Assembly (NCBI GenBank): GCA_963804645.1
Contig: CAWDRG010000009.1
Location: 992,001 to 1,056,000, forward strand
From: an uncultured Bacillota bacterium
GTDB lineage: Bacteria; Sysuimicrobiota; Sysuimicrobiia; Sysuimicrobiales; Segetimicrobiaceae
Direction: 5' to 3'
DNA length: 64,000 nt
A program made the translations under genes and the position numbers. The notes under the pieces were generated by a model, which was not told where the DNA came from, did not search any database, and worked only from the letters and a program-made list of their open reading frames with translations. Below are positions 19,961-29,968 of this stretch, in pieces. Positions within the stretch are counted from its first letter, which is position 1. Each line of letters begins with the position of its first letter.

Positions 19961-21580
19961 TCACTTGACGACGTAGGCGTTCTCGATCAGGAGGTCTCCC
20001 GTCGCTTTGTTCAAGATGAGGCCCCCGAACCCGCTCTGTGCCACGCGGCCGTTGACCTCGGCGGCGAGCATCGCCCAAGGCGCATCGGTGAGGTACTGCT
20101 GCTGCATCCGCTGCATCAGCTGGAGGCGCACGGTCGACGAGATCGTGGTCTGATACAGGCGCGAGAGATCGGTGAACGCCGGGCTGTTGTACGTCGAGTA
20201 GTCCAGCGCGCCCCCCGGCTGCAACGCGAGCCGCATCACGAGGCCCGGGTCCGAGCTCCACGCATAGCTCGACGCGGAGATGTCGTAGTCGCCCGCCTTG
20301 AGGTGCGCGAGGGCGGTGGTGACCTCGTACGCGGTGATCGTGGTCCCGATCCCCACCTGCTGCAGCTGCGCCTGGATCACCTGCGCGAGATCGGTGAACG
20401 GCTCGTAGGACCGCGTGACCATGCGCAGCATGACGGGGCGTCCGCCGCGCTGCAGCGTGCCGCCCTGCAGCGTGTACCCGGCCTCGGAGAGGAGCTGCCG
20501 GGCGCGGCCGAGATCGAACGGGTAGTAGTTTTCCGATCCCTTCCAGTAGCCGACGAGCAGCGGGCTGAACGGCGCCCAGTTGGCGACCGCGTGGCCGTTG
20601 AACACGCTCGCGACGACGGCGTTCCGGTCCATCGCAACGTTGATGGCCTGGCGCACGCGCAGGTCCTGAAACATCGGGTTCTTCAAGTTCATCTCGACGT
20701 AGTAGACTCGCGGCCCCACCGTCTGGAAGAATTGATACTTGGGGTTCTTGGCGTAGGTGTCCCACTGCTCGGGGGGCACGTTGAGCAGCGCGGAGAGCGC
20801 CCCGGCCTGGAACGCCGCGAGCTGCGATGTGGGCTGCGGGATGATGCGAAACACCAGCTGGTCGAGGTAGGGCGGACCCTGGTGGTCGAAGCTCGGCCCC
20901 CACTTGTACGCGGGATTCCGCGCGAGCGTCACCGACTGCCCCGGCAGCCATTCCTTCAGCATGAACGGCCCGACGCTCGACGGGTGCTGAGCGTACTCGT
21001 TTCCGTACTTCGCCACGGCACTCGGGTCCGTCGGCTGGAGGTACCCCGCGATCGCCAGCGTCTGCAAGAGACCGCCGTCCGGCTGCTTCAGGTTCAGGAC
21101 GAGCGTCGTGGCGTCGGGTGCCTCGAACGAGGCCACCGACGACAGGAAGTCCCGGTCGTAGGGCGACGCGGTCGCCGGGTCGATGTCCCGCTCAAACGTC
21201 GCCTTGATGTCCGCCGCGGTCATGGGTCTCCCGCTGTGGAACATGATCCCGGGCTTGAGGTGGAAGGTTAGGGTCTTGCCGTTCGGGCTGAAGGTCCATC
21301 GATCGGCGAGCCACGGCACGATGCGGCCGTCCGGCGCGATCACCGTCAGGGCCGCGCCGATGTAGTTCGAGATCTCGTCCTCGTCGGCGAGCGTCATCCG
21401 GGGCGCGTCGAGCGTCTTTGGGTCCTGCTGCAGGGCCAGGACGAACGTGCCGCCGTTGCTCGGCGCCGCCGCGCCCAGGGCCGCGGACCGGCCCGCAAAG
21501 GGGATCAGGGCGAGCGCGATGACGACGGCCCCGGTCCACCACGAGGTCCCGAGCGGCCGTCTGAAGGTACGCACGGACAT
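19961..21580 (-). CDS. Family 5 (Opp/Dpp) ABC substrate-binding protein
   Basis: Signal peptide, PWLADRW, TFHLKPGIMFHSG, GPFML and D.RVRQAIN; ATG at 21580. Confidence 0.9.
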   Translation of the reverse strand: MSVRTFRRPLGTSWWTGAVVIALALIPFAGRSAALGAAAPSNGGTFVLALQQDPKTLDAPRMTLADEDEISNYIGAALTVIAPDGRIVPWLADRWTFSPNGKTLTFHLKPGIMFHSGRPMTAADIKATFERDIDPATASPYDRDFLSSVASFEAPDATTLVLNLKQPDGGLLQTLAIAGYLQPTDPSAVAKYGNEYAQHPSSVGPFMLKEWLPGQSVTLARNPAYKWGPSFDHQGPPYLDQLVFRIIPQPTSQLAAFQAGALSALLNVPPEQWDTYAKNPKYQFFQTVGPRVYYVEMNLKNPMFQDLRVRQAINVAMDRNAVVASVFNGHAVANWAPFSPLLVGYWKGSENYYPFDLGRARQLLSEAGYTLQGGTLQRGGRPVMLRMVTRSYEPFTDLAQVIQAQLQQVGIGTTITAYEVTTALAHLKAGDYDISASSYAWSSDPGLVMRLALQPGGALDYSTYNSPAFTDLSRLYQTTISSTVRLQLMQRMQQQYLTDAPWAMLAAEVNGRVAQSGFGGLILNKATGDLLIENAYVVK

Positions 21581-21723
21581 AGGATCCACACCCCTTTTCC
21601 ACGAGACGCGCGCCGGCCGGTCCGCCGCGCGCGATGGTGGTAGTGTCTTAGACTTCCGCCGGATGACTCCTCTCGATCGGCGCGCGGTGCCGCCGTGCCA
21701 GAGCCGGTCCGCGGTGGGTCCGC

Positions 21724-22404
21724 TTACCAGACAAACGGGACGAGCCGGTGCCGCACCCGCCGCGTGTACGCGTCGTAGCCGTTCAGTTCCCGTGTGAGGA
21801 ACCGTTCCTCGAGCAGCGCCCGCACGATGATTGTGCCGATCAGAATCAGCGCCGCGAGCGCGCCCGCGTACGATTGGAGCCACAGGGCCATGCCGATCAG
21901 CAGCACGCTCCCGCCGGCGTAGAGGGGATGCCGGATGACGCTGTAGATGCCGGTGTCGACGACGGTCTGCGCCTCCGGGTGCTTGACCACCGTGGCCGCG
22001 AAGGCGTTCTCCTGGATTCCCAGCCAGGCGATCCACCAGCCGGCGAAAAACAGCGCCAGGCCCAGGGAGGACACGAGCGGCCCGGGCGCTCCGAGCAGGT
22101 GGAGGCGGAACACGTCCAGCGAGATGAACACCAGCAGCGCATAGAACTCGAGCAGGAACAGGCTGAGGACGATCTTGTCGGCGAGGGGCTGCTCCCGCTG
22201 AAGCGGCGGCTTGAGGCGCTCCTTGACGAGATCCGCGCTGGCCGGCAGCAGCGCCACGCCGGCGGCGAGCGACAGCGCCGCGAGCGCGCCGAGCAGGACC
22301 CACGCGTGCCACCAGTGCAGCGTGCCCGCCGGGACGAACAGCAGGGCGCCGAAGAACGCGATCCAGAGGACCGCGGTGACGATCAGCTTGACGACGAGCG
22401 ACAT
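21724..22404 (-). CDS. Isoprenylcysteine carboxylmethyltransferase (ICMT/PEMT) family membrane protein
   Basis: VVDTGIYSVIRHPLYAG and EERFL..Y..Y..RLVPFVW. Confidence 0.88.
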   Translation of the reverse strand: MSLVVKLIVTAVLWIAFFGALLFVPAGTLHWWHAWVLLGALAALSLAAGVALLPASADLVKERLKPPLQREQPLADKIVLSLFLLEFYALLVFISLDVFRLHLLGAPGPLVSSLGLALFFAGWWIAWLGIQENAFAATVVKHPEAQTVVDTGIYSVIRHPLYAGGSVLLIGMALWLQSYAGALAALILIGTIIVRALLEERFLTRELNGYDAYTRRVRHRLVPFVW

Positions 22405-22618
22405 CGTCCCGTCCTTTCTCCGTCGAGGTCCGACCCCGCACCAGTATACGCCGGGCCGTCCACGGCCGTCCCCGCGGGCCCGGTCGGGCGGGCGGCCCCG
22501 CCCGCGCCAGCAGGTCAGCGCCCGGGCGGGGCGAACCGGTGAGGTCGCGGGGCGTCGTTCGTGCGCGCGGCGCTCCGCGAGACCCCGCCGCGGCAGGCGC
22601 GCGAGGAGGCATCACGCG

Positions 22619-23584
22619 ATGCAGTACGTTCGTCCATCGCCACAGACCGTGCAGTGGGGCTACTTTGATGCGTCGGCAAAGCCGGCAGCGGAGGTCGACC
22701 CGGGCGAGGTGTTCCGGCTCCGGAGCGTCACGGGCGCGCCCAATGATGCCGTTCCTACCGACTGGATTCCACCGGAGATCGCGGAGATCCACGCGGCGGT
22801 GCACGACCGCGGTCCCGGAGGCCATCTCTTGACCGGACCGGTGCGCGTGCGCGGGGCCCGGCCCGGACACGTGCTGCAGGTCGACATCATCTCCGTGGCC
22901 CTGGGCGCGCGCTACGGTATCAACAGCGTGGGTCCGCTCAAGGGCATCTTCCCCGACGCGGTCGACGCGTGGGACAAGCAGATCATCCCGCTCGACCGCG
23001 AGCGGGGGATGGCGACGCTCCCGCCCGGCCTGCAGGTGCCGACGCGCCCGTTCTTCGGCGTCATGGGGGTGGCGCCGCCCGCGGCGTGGGGGCGCATCGA
23101 CACGGCGCCGCCGAGGCGCCACGGCGGCAACATGGACAACAAGGAGCTGATCGGAGGGACGACGCTGTTCCTGCCCGTGTGGGCCGACGGCGCCCTGTTC
23201 AGCGCCGGCGACGGGCACGCCGCGCAGGGCGACGGCGAGGTCTGCATCACGGCGATCGAGACATCCCTGGAGGGCGAGTTTCGGTTCGGCCTGCGCACCG
23301 ATGTGGAGCTCGCGCTGCCCGTCGCGGTCACGCCCACGCACTTCATCACGATGGGATTCGACCCGAGCCTCGACCGCGCGGCGCGCATCGCGGTGCGCTC
23401 GATGCTCGACCTGCTCGAGCGGTACGGGGGCATGCGGTGGCGCGACGCCTACGGGCTCGCGAGCATGGCGGTGGATCTGCACGTGACCCAGGTGGTGAAC
23501 GGCGAGAAGGGGGTCCACGCGATGGCGCCGCGGGCCATTCTCAAGCAGCTCACGACGCCGCTGCCGTTTCTCACGGGGCTCTGA
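22619..23584 (+). CDS. Acetamidase/formamidase family protein
   Basis: GHLLTGPV, PFFGVMGVAP, GGNMDNKEL and GDGHAAQGDGEVC; GGAGG RBS. Confidence 0.92.
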   Translation: MQYVRPSPQTVQWGYFDASAKPAAEVDPGEVFRLRSVTGAPNDAVPTDWIPPEIAEIHAAVHDRGPGGHLLTGPVRVRGARPGHVLQVDIISVALGARYGINSVGPLKGIFPDAVDAWDKQIIPLDRERGMATLPPGLQVPTRPFFGVMGVAPPAAWGRIDTAPPRRHGGNMDNKELIGGTTLFLPVWADGALFSAGDGHAAQGDGEVCITAIETSLEGEFRFGLRTDVELALPVAVTPTHFITMGFDPSLDRAARIAVRSMLDLLERYGGMRWRDAYGLASMAVDLHVTQVVNGEKGVHAMAPRAILKQLTTPLPFLTGL

Positions 23585-23607
23585 TCCGCAACACGACGAG
23601 AGGTGCC

Positions 23608-25194
23608 GTGGTGAACTCGACGACGCGCGGCCGGATCACGAGACGGGAGATGCTGCGATACGGGGCCGCCGGCGCGCTCGGCGCGGGCGCGCTGGCGGGG
23701 CTCGCGCTGCCGAGCGCGTTTGGGCAGACCGGCCGCCGCGGCGGGACACTGCGGGCCGGCTTGGACACCGATCCGTTCATTCTCGATCCGCACCGGTCGG
23801 TCGCGGTGCCGGACCGCCAGGTATTCCAGAACCTCTACGACAAGCTGGTGGACACGGACGAAGATCTGAAGATCGTGCCGATGCTGGCGGCGTCGTGGAC
23901 GATTTCGGCAGACGGGACCACGTACACGTTCAAGCTGCAGCCGAACGTCACGTTTCACGACGGCACGCCGTTCGACGCGGCCGCGGTCGTGTACAATTTC
24001 GACCGGATGCGCGACCCCAAGTTCCCGTCCGCCCGCCGGAGCGAGATCGGACCGATTACGTCCGTGACCGCGGCCGATCCGTCCACGGTGGTCATCAAGC
24101 TGGAGCAGCCCTACAGTCCGCTGCTGTACGTGCTGACCGACCGCGCGGGCATGATGGTCTCTCCCACCGCGGCGCAGAAGGCCGGGCTCGATTTTGCCCT
24201 GCACCCCGTGGGGACGGGACCGTTCTCGTTCGTCGAAGAGGTGCGCCAGGATCACGTGACCCTGCAGCGCAACCCCTCCTACTGGGTGCGGGGACTGCCG
24301 TATCTGGACCGCGTGATCTTCCGCTATCTTCCGGACGACAACGCGCGCGTCGCCAACCTGAAGTCCGGCGACCTGGAGATGGTGGCGGTGGTGCCGGCCC
24401 CCCAGATCCCGCAGCTCGCCGTGGAGGCGCGGCAGCCCGGATCGTCGTTCAGGCTCCTCGAGCACGGCGCGTTTCCGTGGACGGGATTCTGGCTGAACAC
24501 CACGAAGCCGCCGTTCAACAATAAGGCGCTCAGGCAGGCGTTCAGCGCCGCGATCGACCGCACCGCGATCGCGAACGTCGTGCTGCAGGGGGCGGCGTAT
24601 CCCGCGTACTCGTTTTTCCCGAACGGGACGCCGGCGTACGACCCGGCGTGGAAGATCCCGCCGCGAGATCTCTCGCTGGCGAGGGAGAAGCTCCGCACCG
24701 GCGGGAGCCCGACCGGGTTTGCGTGCACGCTGCTGACGTACCAGGGACAGTCCAACGTGAGCGTCGCGCAGGCCGTCCAATCGATGATCGCCGACGTCGG
24801 TATCCAATCGCAGATCCAGGTGCTCGAGGCCGGGGCGCTCATCGCCACCCTGACCAAAGGCGAGTACCAAGCCGGATTCGCCGGATGGAGCGGGCGCCCG
24901 GATCCCGATTTCGACGTGTATCCGTTCATGACGAAGTCCGGCATCCCGAACTTCAACTTTTCCGGGTACGTGAACTCCCAGGTCCAGGACCTGCTCGACG
25001 CCGCCCGCGTGCTGCAGAACATGGACCAGCGCGCCCGCGCGTATCGCGAGGTCACGCAGATCCTCGCCGACGACATGCCGTACGCGTGGATTTCCTTCAC
25101 CAAAGAGTACAAGCTGGTGTCGGTCAAGGTGCGCGGATTCGTGCACGTGCCGGATGGGTTACTCCGGCTGCGGACGGTTTCGCTCGCGTCCTGA
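23608..25194 (+). CDS. Family 5 ABC substrate-binding protein with twin-arginine (Tat) signal
   Basis: TRREMLR Tat-like motif, LDPH, YDKLV, FHDGTPF and VGTGPF; no cognate permease adjacent. Confidence 0.9.
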   Translation: MVNSTTRGRITRREMLRYGAAGALGAGALAGLALPSAFGQTGRRGGTLRAGLDTDPFILDPHRSVAVPDRQVFQNLYDKLVDTDEDLKIVPMLAASWTISADGTTYTFKLQPNVTFHDGTPFDAAAVVYNFDRMRDPKFPSARRSEIGPITSVTAADPSTVVIKLEQPYSPLLYVLTDRAGMMVSPTAAQKAGLDFALHPVGTGPFSFVEEVRQDHVTLQRNPSYWVRGLPYLDRVIFRYLPDDNARVANLKSGDLEMVAVVPAPQIPQLAVEARQPGSSFRLLEHGAFPWTGFWLNTTKPPFNNKALRQAFSAAIDRTAIANVVLQGAAYPAYSFFPNGTPAYDPAWKIPPRDLSLAREKLRTGGSPTGFACTLLTYQGQSNVSVAQAVQSMIADVGIQSQIQVLEAGALIATLTKGEYQAGFAGWSGRPDPDFDVYPFMTKSGIPNFNFSGYVNSQVQDLLDAARVLQNMDQRARAYREVTQILADDMPYAWISFTKEYKLVSVKVRGFVHVPDGLLRLRTVSLAS

Positions 25195-25248
25195 TCCGCG
25201 CCGCCGGCGCGCGGGACCATCGCGCCGGACCACCTGAGGAGGAGCGGT

Positions 25249-27168
25249 ATGAGCCTGGAGGCGGGAAACGGGACGGGCCTGTCGGTCGAGCAGCTGCTGG
25301 CGCTGCGGGGAGTCGGGGCCGGCGACGCGCCGCAGTGGGGAACGGAGACGCCGCGGTGGTCCCCGGACGGGACCCAGCTCATGTTCGCGTCGGGCTTGAG
25401 CGGCGGCCTTGAGCTGTGGAGCGTGGCGCCCTCCGGCGGGGCGCCGACCCGGCTCACCGTGGGCCTGGGCGGCGTCGGCCACCTCGCCTCGTGCATGCCG
25501 CAGTGGTCGCCGACGGGGGCGGCCATCGCGTACGTGTCCGCGAAGAGCGGCGCCGACGAGGTCTGGCTGTGGTCGAGCGACGGCGGCGCCGACCGCCAGC
25601 TGACGCGCCTTGGCGCGCGGATCGAGGCGATGAGCTGGGCGCCGGACGGGCGCTCGCTCGCGGTCGCGAGCAACAGCATGGGGACGTTCGATATTTACCG
25701 GATCGCGGTGCCGGACGGCGCCGCGGTGCGGCTGACGCGCGATCAGCGCTACGAAGTGTATCCGTCGTTCACCCCGGACGGACGGATCTTGTACGTGCGG
25801 CTGAACGAGGCGTGGACCGACCACGACGTGGTGCTGATGAACGGGGACGGGACGCGGCCGCGCGTCGTGCTGCGGGACACCGACTTCTTCGACTACCACT
25901 ACGGCAAGACGTTCAACTACCCCAAGGTGTCGCCGGACGGGCGGACGTTTCTGTTCCGGTCCCACCGGAGCGGGTGGATCAACGTTTGGGAGGCCCCTGT
26001 CGAAGGCGGGGAGGCCCGGCCGATTGCGCCCGCGGAGGCGGATCAGGGGGACGCCGCCTGGTCGCCCGACGGCCGCGCGATCGCCTACACCGAGAACCAC
26101 AACGGCACGCTGGACCTGCGGGTGGTCGCGCGCGAGGGGGGAGCGCCCCGGGTGCTCGTCGCGCCGGCGATGGGGGTGTGCGCCGGCCCCGCGTGGTCGC
26201 TCGACGGTGCCGAGGTGAGCTATCTCCTCGGCACGCCGACGGCGCCGAACGACATCTGGGTGGTGGCGGCGGCGACCGGTGCGGCGCGGCAGCTGACGCG
26301 CTCGATGCTCGGCGGCGGGGTGGCGCAGCGGCTCACGGTGCCCGAGAAGATCACGTACCCGGCCGCTGACGGACGGACGATCCACGCCTACCTGTACCGG
26401 CCCGCGTCGCCGTGCGGGGCCTCCCCGGGCATTCTCTGGATCCACGGCGGGCCGACCAGCCAGTTCGTGGACTCGCTCCAGCCGCTGGTTCAGTACTTCG
26501 TGCAGGCGGGCTACACGCTGCTGCTGCCGAACGTGCGGGGCAGCTCGGGCTACGGGCGGGAGTTCGAGGATCTCAACAACGGGGACTGGGGCCACGGGGA
26601 CCTGCGGGATGCGATGGGGGGAGCGGACTATCTCCGCGGGCTGACGGGCGTCGACGCCGCCCACATCGGCATCACCGGCACGAGCTACGGGGGGATCCTG
26701 AGCATGGCGGCCGTTGCCTACGCGCCGGCGGGGACGTTCCAAGCGGCGATCCCGTGCTCCGGCTACGCGGATTTCGCGCACATGCACGGGGAGCAGGAAC
26801 TGCGCCACGTGAAGCTGCTCGAATACGAGTTCGGGACGCTGGAAGACCATCCGGACGTCTACCGCCGCTGCTCGCCGCTGTATTCGGTCCCGCAGGCGGC
26901 GACGCCGTGCTTCGTCATCCACGGCGAAGGCAAGTACCCGGGTTCGGCCGCCGCCAAGAACTTCGCGCTCGCGCTGGAGGCCCACTACAAGGCGTTCTGG
27001 TACAAAGCCTATCCGGGCGAGACGTACTACGTCCTCGGGGAGTCGAACGTGAAGCAGATGCTGCGCGACATGCGCGACTTCTTCGATCTGTACCTCAAGG
27101 GAATCCCGCACCGGCGGGCCGACGACGGCACCCGTCCGCACACGCACCTGAGCGGGGTGCGGCCCTGA
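25249..27168 (+). CDS. S9 (prolyl oligopeptidase/acylaminoacyl peptidase) family protein with PD40 beta-propeller; Asp/His triad positions atypical
   Basis: Repeated WSPDG motifs, IHGGP, NVRGSSGYG and GTSYGG; HGEGK and YPGETY occupy the canonical HGxxD and YPxEGH positions. Confidence 0.85.
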   Translation: MSLEAGNGTGLSVEQLLALRGVGAGDAPQWGTETPRWSPDGTQLMFASGLSGGLELWSVAPSGGAPTRLTVGLGGVGHLASCMPQWSPTGAAIAYVSAKSGADEVWLWSSDGGADRQLTRLGARIEAMSWAPDGRSLAVASNSMGTFDIYRIAVPDGAAVRLTRDQRYEVYPSFTPDGRILYVRLNEAWTDHDVVLMNGDGTRPRVVLRDTDFFDYHYGKTFNYPKVSPDGRTFLFRSHRSGWINVWEAPVEGGEARPIAPAEADQGDAAWSPDGRAIAYTENHNGTLDLRVVAREGGAPRVLVAPAMGVCAGPAWSLDGAEVSYLLGTPTAPNDIWVVAAATGAARQLTRSMLGGGVAQRLTVPEKITYPAADGRTIHAYLYRPASPCGASPGILWIHGGPTSQFVDSLQPLVQYFVQAGYTLLLPNVRGSSGYGREFEDLNNGDWGHGDLRDAMGGADYLRGLTGVDAAHIGITGTSYGGILSMAAVAYAPAGTFQAAIPCSGYADFAHMHGEQELRHVKLLEYEFGTLEDHPDVYRRCSPLYSVPQAATPCFVIHGEGKYPGSAAAKNFALALEAHYKAFWYKAYPGETYYVLGESNVKQMLRDMRDFFDLYLKGIPHRRADDGTRPHTHLSGVRP

Positions 27169-27251
27169 CCTGAGCGCGTCGGGTCTGCGCCGGGGTCCCG
27201 CCGTCGGCTGTCTGGAGGGGATGGCGCGTCTAGGCCTGAACCCTCCTGTCC

Positions 27252-28439
27252 ATGACGGACCCGTCTGTGCGTTCCGCTCGTCCCTGGGAATCCACGCTCG
27301 CCGGGTTTCGCGAGATGTTCCTGCTCAGGCCGGACGTGGTCTTTCTCAACCACGGATCGTTCGGCGCGTGCCCGCGGCCGGTGTTCGAGGCCTACCAGCG
27401 CTGGCAGCTCGAGCTCGAGCGGCAGCCCGTCGATTTTCTCCACTACCGGTTTCCGGATCTGATGGGCACCGCGCGGGAGCGTCTCGCGGCGTACCTCGGC
27501 GCCGACGCCGATGAGGTCGTCTACTTCCCAAACGTCACGACCGCGCTCAACGTCGTCGCGCGCTCGCTCTCGCTCGGGCCCGGGGACGAGGTGCTCGGCA
27601 ACGACCACGAGTACGGCGCCCTCGAGAAGACGTGGACGTTCCTGTGCGGTCCGCGCGGTGCCCGCTATGTCCGCGCCGAGCTGCCTTGTCCGATCGAGTC
27701 GGCGGACCAAATCGTTGAGGCGGTGTGGTCCCGGGTCACGCCGCGCACCAAGGTGCTGTTTCTCAGCCACATCACCTCGCCCACCGCGCTGACGCTCCCA
27801 GTCGAGCCGCTCGTCCGCCGGGCCAAGGACGCCGGCATCCTGACCGTGATCGATGGCGCCCATGCGCCCGGGCAGATTCCGCTCGACCTCCACGCCCTCG
27901 GCGCGGACTTTTACGGCGGCAACTGCCACAAGTGGATGTGCGCGCCGAAGGGATCGGGGTTTCTGTACGCCCGCCGGGACGTGCAGCCGCTGCTCGACCC
28001 GCTGGTCGTGAGCTGGGGATGGCCGGGCAGCTTCGTAGACGTGCAGCAGCGCCAGGCGACGCGCGACATCGCCGCCTATCTCTCGGTGCCGGCCGCGATC
28101 GAGTTCCAGCAGGCGCACGACTGGCCCGCGGTCCAGCGCGCGTGCCACGCGCTGGCGCAACACGCGCGCGCGGTGCTCGCCGGTCTCAGCGGGCTGCCGC
28201 CCTTGTTCCCGGACTCGCCGGAATTCTATGCGCAGATGGCGTGCGTGCCGTTTCCCATCGCCGACCCCGACGCGCTGCGGCGGCGCCTGTGGACCGAGCA
28301 GAAGATCGAAGTACCGGTCACGTCCTGGAACGGGCGGGCGCTGGTCCGCGTATCGATCCAGGCTTACAACACCGAAGCCGACGTCGACGCGCTCGCCGAG
28401 GCACTGCGGCCGGCGGTCGGGGGCGCAGCCGCCGGGTAG
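27252..28439 (+). CDS. Class V PLP-dependent enzyme (isopenicillin N epimerase / C-S lyase-like)
   Basis: FLNHGSFGACP, SHITSPTA, IDGAHAPG and GNCHKW (PLP lysine). Confidence 0.88.
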   Translation: MTDPSVRSARPWESTLAGFREMFLLRPDVVFLNHGSFGACPRPVFEAYQRWQLELERQPVDFLHYRFPDLMGTARERLAAYLGADADEVVYFPNVTTALNVVARSLSLGPGDEVLGNDHEYGALEKTWTFLCGPRGARYVRAELPCPIESADQIVEAVWSRVTPRTKVLFLSHITSPTALTLPVEPLVRRAKDAGILTVIDGAHAPGQIPLDLHALGADFYGGNCHKWMCAPKGSGFLYARRDVQPLLDPLVVSWGWPGSFVDVQQRQATRDIAAYLSVPAAIEFQQAHDWPAVQRACHALAQHARAVLAGLSGLPPLFPDSPEFYAQMACVPFPIADPDALRRRLWTEQKIEVPVTSWNGRALVRVSIQAYNTEADVDALAEALRPAVGGAAAG

Positions 28440-28472
28440 CCCGGGTTCCGTCCCGCCGGTCCTCCGCTCGTG

Positions 28473-29894
28473 CTACTGCAGGGGCGGCCGCCGGCCGGCC
28501 CACGGCCGTGCGGCTTCGAAGCACGCCGCGGCCGTGAGCACCCGCGCGTCCTGTCGCCAGCCCGCCACGATCTGCAGTCCGACCGGCAGCCCGCCGGCCG
28601 TGTAGCCGCACGGGACCGAGATCGCGGGGAAGCAGGTCAGGTTGAACGCGAACGTCGGGATGAGCATCTCGAGATGTCCCGAGATCGCGCGGCCGGCGAT
28701 CTCCTTCGGCAGCCACGCGGCGACCGGAGTGGCCGGCACGGAGGTCGTCGGCAGCACCAGGAGATCGTAGCGCTCGAAGAACCGGCACAGCCGCTGGTGG
28801 TACGCGGTGCGCGCGACCTCGGCCTCCCCGATCTGCTCGGGCGTCATGTTCCGGCTGAGATCGAGGCGCTGCACGAGAATCGGGTCCATCTGATCGCGCC
28901 ACTTGGCCAGGTACTTGCCGACCGTCGCGACGCGGGTGGCGACGTTCAGGGCGAGGAACGGCGTCATGATGTCCCCGACCTCCGGGGACGCGCTCTCGAG
29001 GGTGCACCCCATCTCCGGGAACGCGCCCGCGGCGGCCTCGCACACGGACGCGATCTCCGGGTCGACCGCGGCGGCCCCGCCGAGATCCGGCGTCCACGCG
29101 ACCCGCAGGCCCTTGACCGACGCGCGGTCCGGCAGCGCCGCCCAGTCCTCGCCGGTGTGCGGCAGGCTCAGCGGATCGCGGTCGTCGGGACCCGCCATCA
29201 CCGAAAACATCAGGGCCGCGTCCGCGACCGTCCGTGTGATCGGGCCGTTCGACGACATCGCGCTCCACCCGGCCGCGTTGGGGTAGCGCGCGATCCGGCC
29301 CTGGGTCGGCTTGAACCCGACGATGCCGCACCACGCCGCCGGGTGGCGGATCGACCCGGCGAGGTCGCCGCCCTCGGCGAGGGGCCCCAGGCCGGCGGCG
29401 ACCGCGGCGGCCGCGCCGCCGCTCGAGCCGCCGGGCGAGCGGTCGAGCGCCCAGGGGTTGTGCGTCGCGCCGAAGACGCGGTTGTCGGTGGTCGGCTTGC
29501 AGCCGAACTCGGGCGTGTTCGTCTTGCCGAGGAGAATCGCGCCGGCCCCGCGGATCCGCTGCACGAGGAGCGCATCCTCCTCCGGCACGTTGTGCTCGAA
29601 GATCTTCGAGCCCATCGTCGTCCGCACGCCTTTCGTGGCCGTCAGATCCTTCGCGGAGAAGGGGACCCCGTGGAGCGGGCCCCGCGCCCCGCCCCGGACG
29701 ACCTCGCGCTCGGCGGTCTTGGCCGCGTCGCGGGCCTGCTCGGCGGCCACCGTGACGTACGCGTTGAGCGGCGGGTTGATGCGCTCGATCCGCGCGAGCA
29801 CGGCGTCGACGACCTCGACGGGCGACACTTCTTTGGCGCGGATCATGCGCGCGAGCTCCCGCGCCGGCTTCCAGCAGAGATCGTCAGCGACCAC
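28473..29894 (-). CDS. Amidase signature family amidase
   Basis: GPLHGVPFSAKD, GKTNTPEF, GGSSGG, GSIRHPAAWCG and GLPVGLQI. Confidence 0.93.
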   Translation of the reverse strand: MVADDLCWKPARELARMIRAKEVSPVEVVDAVLARIERINPPLNAYVTVAAEQARDAAKTAEREVVRGGARGPLHGVPFSAKDLTATKGVRTTMGSKIFEHNVPEEDALLVQRIRGAGAILLGKTNTPEFGCKPTTDNRVFGATHNPWALDRSPGGSSGGAAAAVAAGLGPLAEGGDLAGSIRHPAAWCGIVGFKPTQGRIARYPNAAGWSAMSSNGPITRTVADAALMFSVMAGPDDRDPLSLPHTGEDWAALPDRASVKGLRVAWTPDLGGAAAVDPEIASVCEAAAGAFPEMGCTLESASPEVGDIMTPFLALNVATRVATVGKYLAKWRDQMDPILVQRLDLSRNMTPEQIGEAEVARTAYHQRLCRFFERYDLLVLPTTSVPATPVAAWLPKEIAGRAISGHLEMLIPTFAFNLTCFPAISVPCGYTAGGLPVGLQIVAGWRQDARVLTAAACFEAARPWAGRRPPLQ

Positions 29895-29968
29895 GGCATC
29901 CTCCCATCGAGCGGTGCTGCGACGACCGTTCGCCGCGGGCGGGCGGGATTCCGCCGCGCGCGCGGCGG

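Noticed and set aside
25340..26210. Recurring TGGTCGCC(C/G)GACGG-like DNA repeats
   Set aside because: They encode the PD40 (WSPDG) propeller repeats of the S9 protein; they are not a CRISPR array or mobile repeat.
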